From: Octopus bimaculoides
Taxonomy: Eukaryota
NCBI RefSeq assembly: GCF_001194135.2
Contig: NC_068991.1
Span: forward strand, 66,155,621-66,219,620
Length of the DNA stretch: 64,000 nt
Direction of reading: 5' to 3'
Shown here in pieces: positions 62,588-64,000 of the stretch; within the stretch, counting starts at the first letter, position 1, and each line of letters starts with the position of its first letter. A program made the translations under genes and the position numbers. The notes beneath the pieces were generated by a model. The model searched no databases. It was not told the DNA's origin and saw only the letters and a program-made list of their open reading frames with translations.

Positions 62588-64000
62588 TATAGTTAAAATG
62601 ATTATATTTAGAATCTTGTACCACAATTACATTCATTCAAGACCAAAAATAAAGTTAATTTTGCATCTAATATAATAAATGTAGAAACTAATTTCTGTGT
62701 GTCAATGTGTCACACTTTGACCCCCTCTCACAGTATTCATTGACCCTTCTACTATTGCTCATACTGGGTTGAGAGTAGTAGGCATAGAGACAGTGAGGGC
62801 GGTGGTGAAGATAGACAGTGAGAGAGAGAAATTTATGGAGAGTTGCTGATGTTTTTATTAAAAGTAGTTGTGTTGATGGTGGCAGTGGGAGTAGAGAAAG
62901 AAGGACTAAAACAGCGTATTGAATTAACATATGGAGTGATAGTAATAGTATGAGCTGTAGTTCTGACAGAGGGGGCGGCCAGAGAGTAAGTGATGTGAAA
63001 GACGGGGAAGGTGGCGAAGTTAAAGGTATTGATGGTGGTGGCCTCAGAAGTCTTGTGTGTATGGCAGATGTAGTGGTAATGGTGGTGGTATTGTTTATCA
63101 TGCAGCTTTGCAATAAGTTCCAAGTTTATAAATTATATCGTTTTGATGAAAATTGTTCATTGCTTGAAAAATATAGTTCAGGTTTAATAAAATTTAATAT
63201 GTACTCAATGCATGAAGTGTCATTGTTGGGCCCAAGGCCTAATGAAGAACCCTCCACTGGAGCTAGTTTAAGAGCCACTTGATAGGGTGGCTTTTAGGCT
63301 AGTCTCTTAATATGTCTGGATATTAAGGGACAGTTGGAACCAAAAACGTCCCTGAAACCTGAAATACCATTGCTGGAGCACCCAAATGGCGCACCAGATT
63401 AGTATATTGACAAGGTAGCTATGAGGGGGTCACACAACTGTAGAGCTAGCATGTCTGTCACATTGTTAGTGCATATATCATAACATCATGTGTTTAGCCT
63501 GAATCATGCAGATAGTGATGCATTTTTAGTGCATCTATCATAGGTGATAACAACAATGCTGTATTACATGTGCAGCTAACACAAGTCATGTTGACATTAG
63601 TGCAGGCTTAGTACATCCAGTAGCAGCCAATGCACCACTGCTTTATTCTGTTGGATAAATCACTGGTGCCTTGTCTCATGTGGCTTCATGATCCATGCTC
63701 TGACAATGTAGTTAGTTGTCTGCATGGCCAACATGAAATGCCTTACCAATTCAGCAATGTCAATATAACCCATGTAATGATGCAGCTATCAGCATCATTA
63801 GTGAGATATTTCCAGTAATCAAGATTTGTCTTGATATTTAAAAAAAATTTTGCTTGTTATGAGGAGACCACATTGGGAAACATTATTCAAGATGTGATGA
63901 AGAAGCAAAGACAACAATAGGATGATAATGTCTGGACCAGAAAAGTTCTAAGGATCCAAGAGTATGTCTTGCAGCAGACCATTTTGACTTTATTGTTAAT

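Overview
AT-rich eukaryotic genomic DNA; the repeat families point to an octopod cephalopod, which is an inference rather than a database result. It has 7 assembly gaps (2808-2817, 5077-5145, 6395-6620, 8077-8240, 12689-12702, 19834-19981, 48170-48280), several of them flanked by (TA)n. Two genes lie head-to-head. On the minus strand is the 5' end of CLASRP (first coding exon 3263-3162, MMWHEARKQERKIRGLMVDYKKRAERRREYYEKI). On the plus strand is a complete 14-exon REST corepressor gene (CoREST/RCOR; 11628-54028, 1659 nt CDS, 552 aa, all introns GT-AG and phase-consistent). Reading-frame continuity requires an exon that the ORF track does not show in its frame (46805-46914). That exon encodes a C-x2-C-x15-C-x2-C GATA/MTA-like zinc finger, which vertebrate RCOR1-3 lack. 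RCOR intron 3 holds a densely structured ~430-nt element on the sense strand: a ~65-bp nested palindrome, then a minimal type I hammerhead ribozyme capping a ~50-bp rod. A second, probably decayed hammerhead lies between the two promoters. The rest is transposon debris: an RTE LINE carrying a PHD finger and many copies of its 3' end, tRNA-derived SINEs, TTAA (piggyBac-like) MITEs, a TIR element with telomere-type repeats, and mariner, hAT and Gypsy relics. All structures were folded by eye, and repeat boundaries are approximate.
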